From positions 3,857-67,856 of the forward strand of contig CATVYG010000007.1 in the NCBI GenBank assembly GCA_958348225.1: a stretch of DNA of 64,000 nucleotides, given 5' to 3'. The stretch comes from an uncultured Collinsella sp. Its GTDB lineage: Bacteria > Actinomycetota > Coriobacteriia > Coriobacteriales > Coriobacteriaceae. The translations under genes and the position numbers were made by a program. Of the stretch, positions 9,883-18,775 are shown in pieces (the first letter of the stretch is position 1; each line of letters opens with the position of its first letter). The notes beneath the pieces were generated by a model. That model was not told where the DNA came from. It saw nothing but the letters and a program-made list of their open reading frames with translations, and ran no database searches.

Positions 9883-10659
9883 TTGACGCAGCAATTTACG
9901 ATTTCCGTACCCCGACCGGATGGGACGCCCATCCCCGTCGTCGTTACCAAAAAGCGCGTCAAGAACTTCAACCTACGCGTCACATCGAGCGGCGAGGTCC
10001 ACGCCAGCGCACCGCTCGGCGCCAGCCGCGAGCGTATCGAAACATTTGTGAAGCGCAACAGCGACTGGATTATCAGCCGACTTGCCCAGCGCGAGCAACG
10101 TCAGGCGACGGTGCGAGAGCCGCTCAGCCCCCACTCGATCATTGCGCTTTGGGGCAAGCCCATCACGGTACAGGACGCACTCGACCACAACTTTGCATCA
10201 CCCGCACCGCGACCCAAACAGGCCACCTTCGCAAGTTTTATGGGTACCGACGAGCCAGACGAACGTCCACAGGCCAAGTGGCATGCGACCCTCGACGGCT
10301 TAACGCCCAGTGAGATCCAAGCCCATATCGACCAGCTCTATACGTCCGAGGTCACATCGGCGCTGCACGATATTGTGCACGCATACGAAAGCGCAATGGG
10401 TGTCGCCGTTTCCCGCGTTTCCGTACGCAGCATGAAAACGCGCTGGGGCTCGTGCACACCCAAAACCGGCGCCATTCGCATCGCACGAGAACTTGCCACC
10501 TACCCCGTCGAATGTCTCGACATGGTTGTCGCCCACGAGCTCGTCCACTTGCTCGAGCCAAGCCACAACCAACGGTTCCACGCCCTGCTCGACACATACT
10601 GCCCCAACAATAGAGCTCTGTCGCAGCGGCTCAAAAAACCGCCCGCCAACGAGCTCTAG
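9883..10659 (+). CDS. YgjP-like (DUF45) zinc metallohydrolase
   Basis: MKTRWGSC and VVAHELVHL..SH..RF; start uncertain (TTG 9883 after GAAGGA, or ATG 9850). Confidence 0.8.
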   Translation: MTQQFTISVPRPDGTPIPVVVTKKRVKNFNLRVTSSGEVHASAPLGASRERIETFVKRNSDWIISRLAQREQRQATVREPLSPHSIIALWGKPITVQDALDHNFASPAPRPKQATFASFMGTDEPDERPQAKWHATLDGLTPSEIQAHIDQLYTSEVTSALHDIVHAYESAMGVAVSRVSVRSMKTRWGSCTPKTGAIRIARELATYPVECLDMVVAHELVHLLEPSHNQRFHALLDTYCPNNRALSQRLKKPPANEL

Positions 10660-10665
10660 CGTCGG

Positions 10666-11151
10666 CTAGCGCACGCGCTCAATCTCGACGCCGCAGCTTG
10701 CCAGGGAAAGACCGACGGGCGCCCAAGGCTTATCGAGCTTAACACGCACGCCAAGCAGCAAGGGGTAACGACGTAGCAGCATCTGGGCCACACCCTCGGC
10801 TGCAGCCTCGATGAGCTTAAACGTATGCTCGCGCAGATAGCCATCGACATCGTGGCACACCGAGCCGTAATCAATCGAGGCATCCAAGTTGTCGTGCTCC
10901 CCCGCCGCGCGCAGGTCGGCATAGAGCACCAAGGACACGACAAACTTCTGCCCCAGGGCGTTCTCCTCGGGATACACACCGTGGTTGGCAAAGACCTCGA
11001 GACCGTCGATGGTAATGCGGTCGGCATGGCGCAGGTCGTCATAGCTCACGTGGGACACCGCCGTAGCAGCAGAAATGTCGCCTCTACCGCGGCGGGCAAG
11101 CTCGGCACCCTCGGTCTTGGTTGCATTCTCGGGCAGCTTTTTGTTAGTCAT
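10666..11151 (-). CDS. folB: Dihydroneopterin aldolase
   Basis: D.I.I.GL...ANHGVYPEE..LGQKF, SIDY, LIEAAAE, KPWAP. Confidence 0.92.
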   Translation of the reverse strand: MTNKKLPENATKTEGAELARRGRGDISAATAVSHVSYDDLRHADRITIDGLEVFANHGVYPEENALGQKFVVSLVLYADLRAAGEHDNLDASIDYGSVCHDVDGYLREHTFKLIEAAAEGVAQMLLRRYPLLLGVRVKLDKPWAPVGLSLASCGVEIERVR

Positions 11152-11194
11152 CGCGATCGTCTCCTTCGTTTAGAACCCCGACCACGCATACCGA

Positions 11195-11776
11195 CTACAC
11201 GCGAATCGACAGGTTCTTTTTATCATCGCTCCAGTTGCAGGCATTGCGCGCAGGGCATGCAAAGCAGGCGCGCGACGCTTTGTCGGCTGCATAAAGCAGA
11301 CGCTCAAGCGGCTGGCTGTTCACGCGCAACTTTCGATGGCCCAGGATGGCCGTCTTAATGGCTGCGGCATCTGCCGGCTTAAACGCCACGTCTTCGGGCA
11401 TGCCGCCGAGAATCGCATCAGCGACGCGTTCGCTTGCAACATCATGGGATATACCCGATTCATACTGTTCATCTTTGCCGATATCGTGAAGAAGTGCCGT
11501 GGCATAGATGACCTCGCGGTCAAATTCGAGTTGCTCCTCAAGATTCTTGATCCACATGATGCGCGCGACATCCAGCAGATGGTCAATACCGTGGCGGCAA
11601 AAGATGCGCCCCGATTCCAACTGCGCAATGTTGCCCAGATGCCGCCGGAACAGCCCGTTGGCACAGATGTAGTCAATGCGAGGCATGGCACCAAAGGGGG
11701 TCAGGCCCGAAGCCATAAAGCCACGACGCGGCGTTCCCTCATCGGTCTTCGATGCAAAGTCGTTGACGACCCTCAT
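11195..11776 (-). CDS. HD-domain phosphohydrolase
   Basis: FCRHG..HLLDVARI, ALLHDIGK, ADK. Confidence 0.85.
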   Translation of the reverse strand: MRVVNDFASKTDEGTPRRGFMASGLTPFGAMPRIDYICANGLFRRHLGNIAQLESGRIFCRHGIDHLLDVARIMWIKNLEEQLEFDREVIYATALLHDIGKDEQYESGISHDVASERVADAILGGMPEDVAFKPADAAAIKTAILGHRKLRVNSQPLERLLYAADKASRACFACPARNACNWSDDKKNLSIRV

Positions 11777-11778
11777 GG

Positions 11779-12336
11779 TTAGCGGCCCAGCATCCTAAAG
11801 AATCGCTCCTCGAGCGACGGATCAGTCTCAAAGACACCGCGACGAGCAAGCGTTACGGTCTTGGTGCCGGGCTTTTGCACGCCGCGCATGGTCATGCACA
11901 TATGCTCAGCCTCCATCATCACAATCGCTCCTTGGGGAGTAAGATATTCCATGAGGGCGTCGGCAACCTGTGCACACAGCTGCTCCTGCAGCTGCAGACG
12001 ACGGGCATAGACCTCAACCGTGCGAGCGAGCTTAGACAAACCCGCCACGCGACCGTTGGGGATATAGCCGATCGCAGCCTTGCCATAAAACGGCAGCAGA
12101 TGGTGCTCGCACAGCGAGTAAAACGTAATGTCGCGCTCGATAACCAAATCGTTCGAAGCGACGGCAAAGGTTTTGGACAGGTGCTCCTCGGCGCTCTGAT
12201 CCATGCCGCCGGCAATCTCACCATACATACGGGCGACGCGTGCCGGCGTCTCCAGCAGGCCCTCACGAGTTGGGTCCTCGCCTATGCCCTCAAGCAACAG
12301 CTTTATGGCGGCCTCGACTTTTTCCTGATCGACCAT
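11779..12336 (-). CDS. folE: GTP cyclohydrolase I
   Basis: [43 protein letters not shown]. Confidence 0.96.
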   Translation of the reverse strand: MVDQEKVEAAIKLLLEGIGEDPTREGLLETPARVARMYGEIAGGMDQSAEEHLSKTFAVASNDLVIERDITFYSLCEHHLLPFYGKAAIGYIPNGRVAGLSKLARTVEVYARRLQLQEQLCAQVADALMEYLTPQGAIVMMEAEHMCMTMRGVQKPGTKTVTLARRGVFETDPSLEERFFRMLGR

Positions 12337-12402
12337 CTGGGCCTCACTCTTCCGATTTTGCGTTCGCGCTATGGTACCACGCCCTCCGGCATCGGCCACA
12401 AG

Positions 12403-12984
12403 CTACATAGTATGGGTCGAATAGACCGGATCGTCTCGCCAAAGCTCCACAACATCGCAAAGCGCAACGTCCTCACGCGCAGCACGAGCGCGCGTGGCGT
12501 TCATGTCGATCACACGCTGATTACTCGATCCCCTAAAGCGCAACGAGATATCGTACAGATCTTGAACAAACGGGCCGTCCACCAGCATGTCGAGGCAGGC
12601 AAGGATACGGTCCGTCACCTCGGTATGGTGACGACCGCCCGGCATAAGCTCCTCGAGCACGTCACCGGTAAAGCACCAAATGGTCTTCCCCGACTCCACA
12701 GGATAGGTCGCACGCACGCGTTCGATAAAGTCAACGAGACCCGCCTGATTTTCGGGCTCCATAGGCTCGCCGCCCAGAATCGTCAGGCCATCAATAAAGG
12801 GATGGTCAAGACTCTCGATAATTTTGTCCTCGACGGCACGATCGAACGGCTCACCCGCGGCAAAGTCCCACGCGACGGAGTTAAAGCAATTCTTGCACCC
12901 GCGACGGCACCCGCTCACAAACAGAGAAGTACGAACACCTTCCCCATCAGCAATGTCGAAATACTTAATGTTCGCGTAGTTCAT
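12403..12984 (-). CDS. nrdG: Anaerobic ribonucleotide reductase activating enzyme
   Basis: DGEGVR.SLFVSGCRRGCKNC (radical SAM CxxxCxxC), GGEP, FRGSSNQR. Confidence 0.95.
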   Translation of the reverse strand: MNYANIKYFDIADGEGVRTSLFVSGCRRGCKNCFNSVAWDFAAGEPFDRAVEDKIIESLDHPFIDGLTILGGEPMEPENQAGLVDFIERVRATYPVESGKTIWCFTGDVLEELMPGGRHHTEVTDRILACLDMLVDGPFVQDLYDISLRFRGSSNQRVIDMNATRARAAREDVALCDVVELWRDDPVYSTHTM

Positions 12985-13000
12985 AGGTAACTCTCCCGGG

Positions 13001-13082
13001 AGGCCGGGACATATCATCCCGTCCTCAAACATTCTCGGCCTGCGGCCTGCGAAACTGCGGGCGGGACGATATGTCCCGGCCT
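13001..13082. repeat. 24-bp near-perfect inverted repeat just upstream of the nrdG RBS
   Basis: AGGCCGGGACATATCATCCCGTCC ... GGGCGGGACGATATGTCCCGGCCT. Confidence 0.75.
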
Positions 13083-13261
13083 CATGCAAAGGGTAACTCA
13101 ATGAACGAAGCGAACATTGAGTATAGGGTTCGCGGTCTAATAAAAACTTTGTTGCAGCTCAACTGCCATCACAAGTAAATCGCAGCTGCAGCTCGAATTA
13201 TTTCCGCTAAGAACTTCGAGGAGTGAGCAGGCCTCATGCTGCATCTCAGCTACGTCAACTT

Positions 13262-13400
13262 GGCTGAACCGAGAGGGCCGCTTGGGCTTTTGCTCGATAT
13301 GAGTTCCGCACGCAAAGAAGGCCACTTAATGTGGCCTTCGTCTTGCGCAGGACTGTCCGAAATAGCGAGTAAATGCCCAAGCGGCCCTCTCGGTTCAGCC
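13262..13400. repeat. Long hairpin element with 26-bp perfect arms
   Basis: GGCTGAACCGAGAGGGCCGCTTGGGC (13262-13287) and its exact complement (13375-13400); inner stem GAAGGCCAC/GTGGCCTTC. Confidence 0.85.
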
Positions 13401-13411
13401 CCGGAGCGGTA

Positions 13412-15634
13412 TTAGAGATGCAGCACGCGGTCGCGGATCTCCTCGGTTCGACCCTGGTTCCAGAATTGGGTACCGATGTAGCCGCACGTACGACGGGCGA
13501 CGTTCATCTTCTCCTGGTCGCGGTTGCCGCAGTTGGGGCACTCCCACACCAGCTTGCCGTCATCCTCGACAATCTTGATCTCGCCGTCGTAGCCGCACAC
13601 CTGGCAGTAATCGCTCTTGGTGTTGAGCTCGGCGTACATGATGTTGTCGTAGATGTACTGCATCACGCGAACGACAGCCTTAAGGTTGTCCTGCATGTTG
13701 GGAACCTCGACGTAGGAAATGGCCCCGCCCGGCGAAAGCTGCTGGAACATGCCCTCAAACTTGAGCTTGTCGAAGGCATCAATTTCCTCGGACACGTGGA
13801 CGTGGTAGCTGTTGGTAATGTAGCCCTTGTCCGTCACGCCCGGAATAATGCCAAAACGACGCTGCAGGCACTTGGCGAACTTGTAGGTCGTCGACTCCAA
13901 CGGCGTGCCGTACAGCGAGAAATCGATATCGCTCGCGGCTTTCCACTCCGCACACTTGTCGTTCATGCGCTGCATGACCGCCATGGCAAAGGGCGTGCCC
14001 TCCTTCTCGGTGTGGCTGTGGCCCGTCATGTACTTGACGCACTCATACAGACCGGCATACCCCAGGCTGATGGTGGAATAGCCGCCCACGAGCAGTTTGT
14101 CGATCGTCTCGCCCTTCTTAAGGCGCGCCAGGGCGCCGTACTGCCAAAGAATCGGCGCGGCATCCGAAAGCGTGCCCATCAGGCGCTCATGACGGCACAA
14201 CAGGGCACGATGGCACAGTTCAAGGCGCTCATCGAAGATCTTCCAGAACTTGTCCATATCCTGGTGCGAGCTCAGCGCGACATCAGGCAGGTTAATGGTC
14301 ACAACGCCCTGGTTAAAGCGACCATAGTACTTAGGCTTGCTCGGGTCATAGTTCAGCGCGTTGGCGACGTTGTTAAAGCCGTTGCCCGAACGGTCGGGCG
14401 TCAGGAAACTGCGGCAACCCATACAGGTGTAGCAATCGCCGTTGCCGGCGGTCTCGCCCTTAGACAGTTTGAGCTCGCGCATCTTCTTCTCAGAGATGTA
14501 GTCGGGCACCATGCGCTTGGCGGTGCACTTCGCAGCCAGCTGAGTCAGGTAGAAGTACGGGGAATCCTCGTAAACGTTATCGTCCTCGAGCACATAGATA
14601 AGTTTGGGGAACGCCGGGGTGATCCACACGCCGGCTTCGTTCTTAACGCCCTCATAGCGCTGACGAAGCGTCTCCTCCACAATCATGGCAAGGTCGTGCT
14701 TCTCCTGAGGCGTACGGGCCTCGTTAAGATACATAAAGACCGTCACGAACGGCGCCTGGCCGTTCGTGGTCATAAGCGTCACGACCTGATACTGGATCGT
14801 CTGGACGCCGCGACGAATCTCATCGCGCAGGCGATCCTCCACGACCTCGCGGACCTTTTCGGGAGATGCGGAAACGCCGAGCTCCTCAAGCTCGCGAGCA
14901 ACCTCGCCGCGAATCTTTTGACGGCTCACCTCGACGAACGGGGCGAGATGAGTCAGCGAAATCGACTGGCCGCCGTACTGGGAGGAAGCAACCTGGGCGA
15001 TGATCTGCGTCGCGATGTTGCAGGCCGTCGAGAAGCTATGCGGCTTCTCAATCAGCGTACCCGAGATAACAGTACCGTTCTGGAGCATATCCTCCAGGTT
15101 CACCAGGTCGCAGTTATGCATGTGCTGGGCAAAGTAGTCCGAATCGTGGAAGTGAATCAGGCCCTCGTTGTGAGCATCCACGATCTCCTGGGGCAGCAGT
15201 ACGCGCTGCGTCAGGTCCTTGGAAATCTCGCCGGCCATGTAGTCGCGCTGAACGGAGTTGACGGTCGGGTTCTTGTTAGAGTTCTCCTGCTTGACCTCTT
15301 CGTTGTTGCATTCGATCAGCGACAGGATCTTGTCGTCGGTCGTGTTCTTTTGGCGCTTTAGGCTCTGAACATATCGATAGATGATGTAGTGGCGAGCGAC
15401 CTCGTAGCAGTCGAGACGCATAATCTCGTCCTCGACCAAATCCTGGATCTCCTCGACCGATACGGTGTGACCGGCCTTCTCACATGCCTCGGCGACGTTT
15501 TGTGCCGCATAGATCACCTGGCGGTCGGTAAGGCGAGAGCCTTCCTCGACCTCCAAGTTTGCGGCGCGGATCGCATTGACGATCTTATCGATGTCAAAGG
15601 TAACCTCGGTGCCGCTGCGCTTGATGATCTTCAT
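13412..15634 (-). CDS. nrdD: Anaerobic (class III) ribonucleoside-triphosphate reductase
   Basis: N-terminal ATP cone MKIIKRSG, MGCRSFL, GRFNQGVVT, CxxC...CxxC, RRTCGY glycyl-radical loop. Confidence 0.97.
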   Translation of the reverse strand: MKIIKRSGTEVTFDIDKIVNAIRAANLEVEEGSRLTDRQVIYAAQNVAEACEKAGHTVSVEEIQDLVEDEIMRLDCYEVARHYIIYRYVQSLKRQKNTTDDKILSLIECNNEEVKQENSNKNPTVNSVQRDYMAGEISKDLTQRVLLPQEIVDAHNEGLIHFHDSDYFAQHMHNCDLVNLEDMLQNGTVISGTLIEKPHSFSTACNIATQIIAQVASSQYGGQSISLTHLAPFVEVSRQKIRGEVARELEELGVSASPEKVREVVEDRLRDEIRRGVQTIQYQVVTLMTTNGQAPFVTVFMYLNEARTPQEKHDLAMIVEETLRQRYEGVKNEAGVWITPAFPKLIYVLEDDNVYEDSPYFYLTQLAAKCTAKRMVPDYISEKKMRELKLSKGETAGNGDCYTCMGCRSFLTPDRSGNGFNNVANALNYDPSKPKYYGRFNQGVVTINLPDVALSSHQDMDKFWKIFDERLELCHRALLCRHERLMGTLSDAAPILWQYGALARLKKGETIDKLLVGGYSTISLGYAGLYECVKYMTGHSHTEKEGTPFAMAVMQRMNDKCAEWKAASDIDFSLYGTPLESTTYKFAKCLQRRFGIIPGVTDKGYITNSYHVHVSEEIDAFDKLKFEGMFQQLSPGGAISYVEVPNMQDNLKAVVRVMQYIYDNIMYAELNTKSDYCQVCGYDGEIKIVEDDGKLVWECPNCGNRDQEKMNVARRTCGYIGTQFWNQGRTEEIRDRVLHL

Positions 15635-15857
15635 CCTCTTGCCTCTTTCGCATCGTAGCCTCATTGCGCTTCAGAGCCAAACGATGCCCGGCAGGGCTTA
15701 CCCTGTCTTGCGGCGCCGTCGCGCAATCTGTGTTTTCGATAACCATAGGCCCTCATGCGGACAATCCTCGCAGCCAATCAAGGGGCTCAAAGATCCATCC
15801 AAATGGGGCGAATAAGGTCCTCGTTCTCTGTCCGCCATCTATCATACGACAAAGAGG

Positions 15858-15905
15858 CATCTATATCCTGTATTCTTTTTTTAGGTCAAACACAATATAT
15901 AGTGT
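15858..15905. promoter_or_regulatory. Tandem NrdR boxes at the nrdD promoter
   Basis: ACACAATATATAGTGT (15890-15905) fits the NrdR consensus; weaker box at 15858-15873, 32 bp away; minus-strand -10 TATGAT at 15841-15846. Confidence 0.85.
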
Positions 15906-16220
15906 TTCAGCAGGTCAAAGCAATTAGTCATTTTGCAGACGCATTAATTATGAGGGGTTCTTGGCAAGTCGGTAAAACGTTATCAACACGACTACCTGCA
16001 TGGCAGTTATAAAACCCCCTCAACCGAGCCACCGCCAAATAGGACCAAAACCAAGCCGCTCACGCCAAAAGAATCCAAAAGATTATGCTTGACCAACATG
16101 TTGCGGTCACGATCGGCCAGGACGTATGCAATCTGCCGGCAGCCCTACGGGATGCGAAAACCATTGCGTACAGACCTTGGATCAATATTTGGTGGCTTAT
16201 TTGGCGGCGTGCTTGGTGGC

Positions 16221-16256
16221 AAAAAAACAGCCCAGAGGACATAGCCTCTGGGCTGT
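16221..16256 (-). terminator. Terminator of the tRNA-Gly/Val transcript
   Basis: ACAGCCCAGAGG/CCTCTGGGCTGT stem plus U tract. Confidence 0.85.
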
Positions 16257-16263
16257 GAACATT

Positions 16264-16338
16264 TGGTGGGCGTTAGAAGATTTGAACTTCTGACCTCTTC
16301 CGTGTCAGGGAAGCGCTCTCCCCCTGAGCTAAACGCCC
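16264..16338 (-). tRNA. tRNA-Val(GAC)
   Basis: GGGCGTT acceptor stem, anticodon arm CTTCC-CTGACAC-GGAAG, GTTCAA T loop, CCA end. Confidence 0.95.
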
Positions 16339-16341
16339 AAA

Positions 16342-16417
16342 TGGAGCGGACAACGGGGCTCGAACCCGCGACCCCAACCTTGGCAAGGTTGTGCTCTACC
16401 AACTGAGCCATGTCCGC
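16342..16417 (-). tRNA. tRNA-Gly(GCC)
   Basis: GCGGACA...anticodon loop TTGCCAA...GTTCGAG...TCCGCTCCA. Confidence 0.97.
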
Positions 16418-16429
16418 TTACGAGGACTA

Positions 16430-16476
16430 ATCTTACGTGATACCCGCATCCTATGCAAGAACTTTTTTGAAAAGTT
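16430..16476 (-). promoter_or_regulatory. Sigma70-type tRNA promoter with UP-like element
   Basis: TTGCAT-17-TAAGAT preceded by an A/T tract. Confidence 0.7.
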
Positions 16477-16558
16477 TTGCGACGCCCTCGCGAACCTCGC
16501 GAAGACATCAGCCACCACGGAAGGTGTAGGCAAACGCAAACTCGCCGCAAGAGGCCCC

Positions 16559-18292
16559 CTACACCTCACCGAGCATGATCCAGGCAGAGCTGTCCTGCGC
16601 GAGCCTGCCGTCTGCAAGCGGTGATGGGGTGAGCAGGACCCTGCCCGCCGGCAGCTCCACGGGTGCTGCGCCGAAGTTCGTCACACACGCCCAGCCGTTG
16701 TCGCGGCGATAGGCGATGACGCCGCCCTCGGCGCCGTCGGCGCCATCCGCAAGACCGGTGCGCCCGTCAAGATCGAGCCACGCAAGATCGTTGGCGCACC
16801 CGCGCAGCTTGCGCCGCAGCCAGAGGGCGTCACGATAGAGCGCAAGCATCGATGTCGGGTCCGCTTCTTCCCTATCGGCAGCGTAATCGGAAAACCATGC
16901 AGGCTGCGGCAGATGGGGCGCCGCATCGGCGTCCGCCGGTGAAAACCCAAACGATCCGCCTTGCGCGGGATCGTCCGCCGCCACCCACGGCAGGGGCACG
17001 CGACAGCCGTCGCGCCCCTTCTCGCTCTTCGGTCCGTGCGTATTGGTCGCAGTAGGATCTTCGAGTGCAGCCCACGGGATGTCAGCCACCTCAAAAAGGC
17101 CGAGCTCCTCACCCTGGTACACGTATGCCGAGCCCGGAAGCGCCAGCTCAAGCAAAAGGGCTGCCCGCGCGCGGCGCTCGCCGAGTTCACGGTCCTCGTC
17201 ATAAGACGACCCGTCACGTAAGAGCCAGTCGAGCGCAATCTGATGGTAGCGCGTCGCCTTGATTTGCGGCAGGGCATAACGTGTCGCCACGCGCGGCACG
17301 TCGTGGTTGGAGAGTACCCAGGTCGAGGCGGAATCGGATTCGACGGCTGCCTTCAAGCCCTTCTCGATTGCAGTGCGCATGTCATCATAGGTCCAAGTGG
17401 CCTTGGCAAACTCAAAGTTGAATGTCTGGCCAAGCTCGCTGGGACGCGCGTAGAGATACTGGCGCTCGGGCAACACCCACGCCTCGGCAACGGCACTGCG
17501 CGGCGGATTATAGCGGTCGAACACGCGGCGCCACTCGCGATAGATCTCGTGGACCTCATTGCGGTCCCACAGCGGATGGGTGCCGTCGTCAACCATGTCA
17601 TCGCCCTCGGCGAGATGCCACCGGTCGAGGTCATCGCGGTCGAGATCCTTGGCGAGACCCTGCGCCACATCAATGCGAAAACCGTCGACGCCTCGATCGC
17701 TCCAAAACGCCAGGACGTCGCAAAAGAGCGCGTGAACCTCAGGGCATGACCAGTCAAAGTCCGGCTGCTCGGGCGTAAACATGTGCAGATACCACTGGCC
17801 GTCCGCAACACGCGTCCATGCGGGGCCGCCAAAGTTGGCATTCCAATTGGTGGGAGGCAGCTCGCCATGCTCGCCGCGACCATCGCGGAAGATATAACGG
17901 GCGCGCTCGGGCGATCCGGGGCCGGCGGCAAGAGCGGCTTCGAACCAGGGGTGCTGGTTGGATGAATGGTTGGGCACGATGTCGACGATGACCTTGATGC
18001 CGCGCGCGTGAGCCGCAGCGATCATGTCATCGAAGTCGTCAAGTGAGCCGAGACGTGGGTCGACATCGCAGTAGTCCGCAACATCATAGCCGCCATCGAC
18101 AAGAGGCGATGGGTAAAACGGGCTCAGCCAGATGGCCTCGATACCCAGCCGCTCAAGATAGTCCATCTGCTGGGTAATGCCCGCGATATCGCCCAGACCC
18201 GAACCAGTCGAATCCTTAAACGAACGCGGATAGATCTGATAGATCGCGGCATCAGACATCCATGAGCGCGAAGAGGACTTTTCTGTGGCCAT
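16559..18292 (-). CDS. GH13 alpha-glucosidase / oligo-1,6-glucosidase
   Basis: IYQIYPRSF, DGGYDVADY, DIVPNH, catalytic GFRIDVA, AEAW, SNHD, YQGEELG, RDGCRVP. Confidence 0.93.
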   Translation of the reverse strand: MATEKSSSRSWMSDAAIYQIYPRSFKDSTGSGLGDIAGITQQMDYLERLGIEAIWLSPFYPSPLVDGGYDVADYCDVDPRLGSLDDFDDMIAAAHARGIKVIVDIVPNHSSNQHPWFEAALAAGPGSPERARYIFRDGRGEHGELPPTNWNANFGGPAWTRVADGQWYLHMFTPEQPDFDWSCPEVHALFCDVLAFWSDRGVDGFRIDVAQGLAKDLDRDDLDRWHLAEGDDMVDDGTHPLWDRNEVHEIYREWRRVFDRYNPPRSAVAEAWVLPERQYLYARPSELGQTFNFEFAKATWTYDDMRTAIEKGLKAAVESDSASTWVLSNHDVPRVATRYALPQIKATRYHQIALDWLLRDGSSYDEDRELGERRARAALLLELALPGSAYVYQGEELGLFEVADIPWAALEDPTATNTHGPKSEKGRDGCRVPLPWVAADDPAQGGSFGFSPADADAAPHLPQPAWFSDYAADREEADPTSMLALYRDALWLRRKLRGCANDLAWLDLDGRTGLADGADGAEGGVIAYRRDNGWACVTNFGAAPVELPAGRVLLTPSPLADGRLAQDSSAWIMLGEV

Positions 18293-18389
18293 GGGGTGTG
18301 TCTCCCTTGCAACGAGGTTTTGCGAGATGCCCACGATGATACGCCCAAAGCTGACATCCGCGGCAAACAACGCAACAGCCACGTCCCAA

Positions 18390-18675
18390 AACGCTCGCTC
18401 CCTCTCGGGTTCGAGCCCAGGCGATGGATACGAAAAAGCCCGGCTACCGTAGTAGTCGGGCTGTTGCGCTTGGAGCGGACAACGGGGCGTCCGCGTATCC
18501 GCTTCGCGGATCCGCACCGGCTTCGGCCGCCTACCGGCGACCTCGCCAGCTCGCTACAAACGCTCCGCGTTTGCTTAACGCTCGCTCCCTCTCGGGTTCG
18601 AGCCCAGGCGATGGATACGAAAAAGCCCGGCTACCGTAGTAGTCGGGCTGTTGCGCCTGGAGCGGACAACGGGGC
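18390..18675 (-). repeat. tRNA-Gly-linked tandem repeat, 187-bp period, ~1.5 copies
   Basis: 18390-18488 equals 18577-18675 (99 bp, one mismatch); each copy holds the last 18 nt of tRNA-Gly and a terminator hairpin. Confidence 0.92.
18620..18652 (-). terminator. Terminator after tRNA-Gly (second copy at 18433-18465)
   Basis: AGCCCGACTAC/GTAGCCGGGCT stem followed by TTTT. Confidence 0.8.
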
Positions 18676-18733
18676 TCGAACCCGCGACCCCAACCTTGGC
18701 AAGGTTGTGCTCTACCAACTGAGCCATGTCCGC
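18658..18733 (-). tRNA. tRNA-Gly(GCC)
   Basis: Identical to the 16342-16417 copy. Confidence 0.97.
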
Positions 18734-18775
18734 ATATGTAAAACAAAACGGGCGCCGGAGCGCCCGGATGTTGCC

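Noticed and set aside
13137..13325. 62-aa minus-strand ORF in the nrdD-nrdG spacer
   Set aside because: Starts inside the long hairpin, has no RBS and no protein-like motif.
13373..15361. 662-aa plus-strand ORF and similar long antisense ORFs (1451-2944, 23241-25235, 27277-28944, 29598-31406, 45334-46839, 47598-49403, 52053-53558)
   Set aside because: Each lies opposite well-conserved genes and lacks domain signatures.
15635..15840. Cobalamin riboswitch upstream of nrdD
   Set aside because: Conserved GGGAA, GCCACTG and B12-box elements not found.
16145..16411. ORFs starting MAQLVEHNLAK (also 18575-18952 and 18531-18851)
   Set aside because: Translations of tRNA genes.
18471..18488. Possible fourth tRNA-Gly gene
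   Set aside because: Only the last 18 nt match; no D arm or anticodon arm upstream.
18390..18675. Possible CRISPR array or prophage att pair
   Set aside because: Only two 99-bp repeats containing a tRNA end and terminator; no cas, integrase or phage genes.
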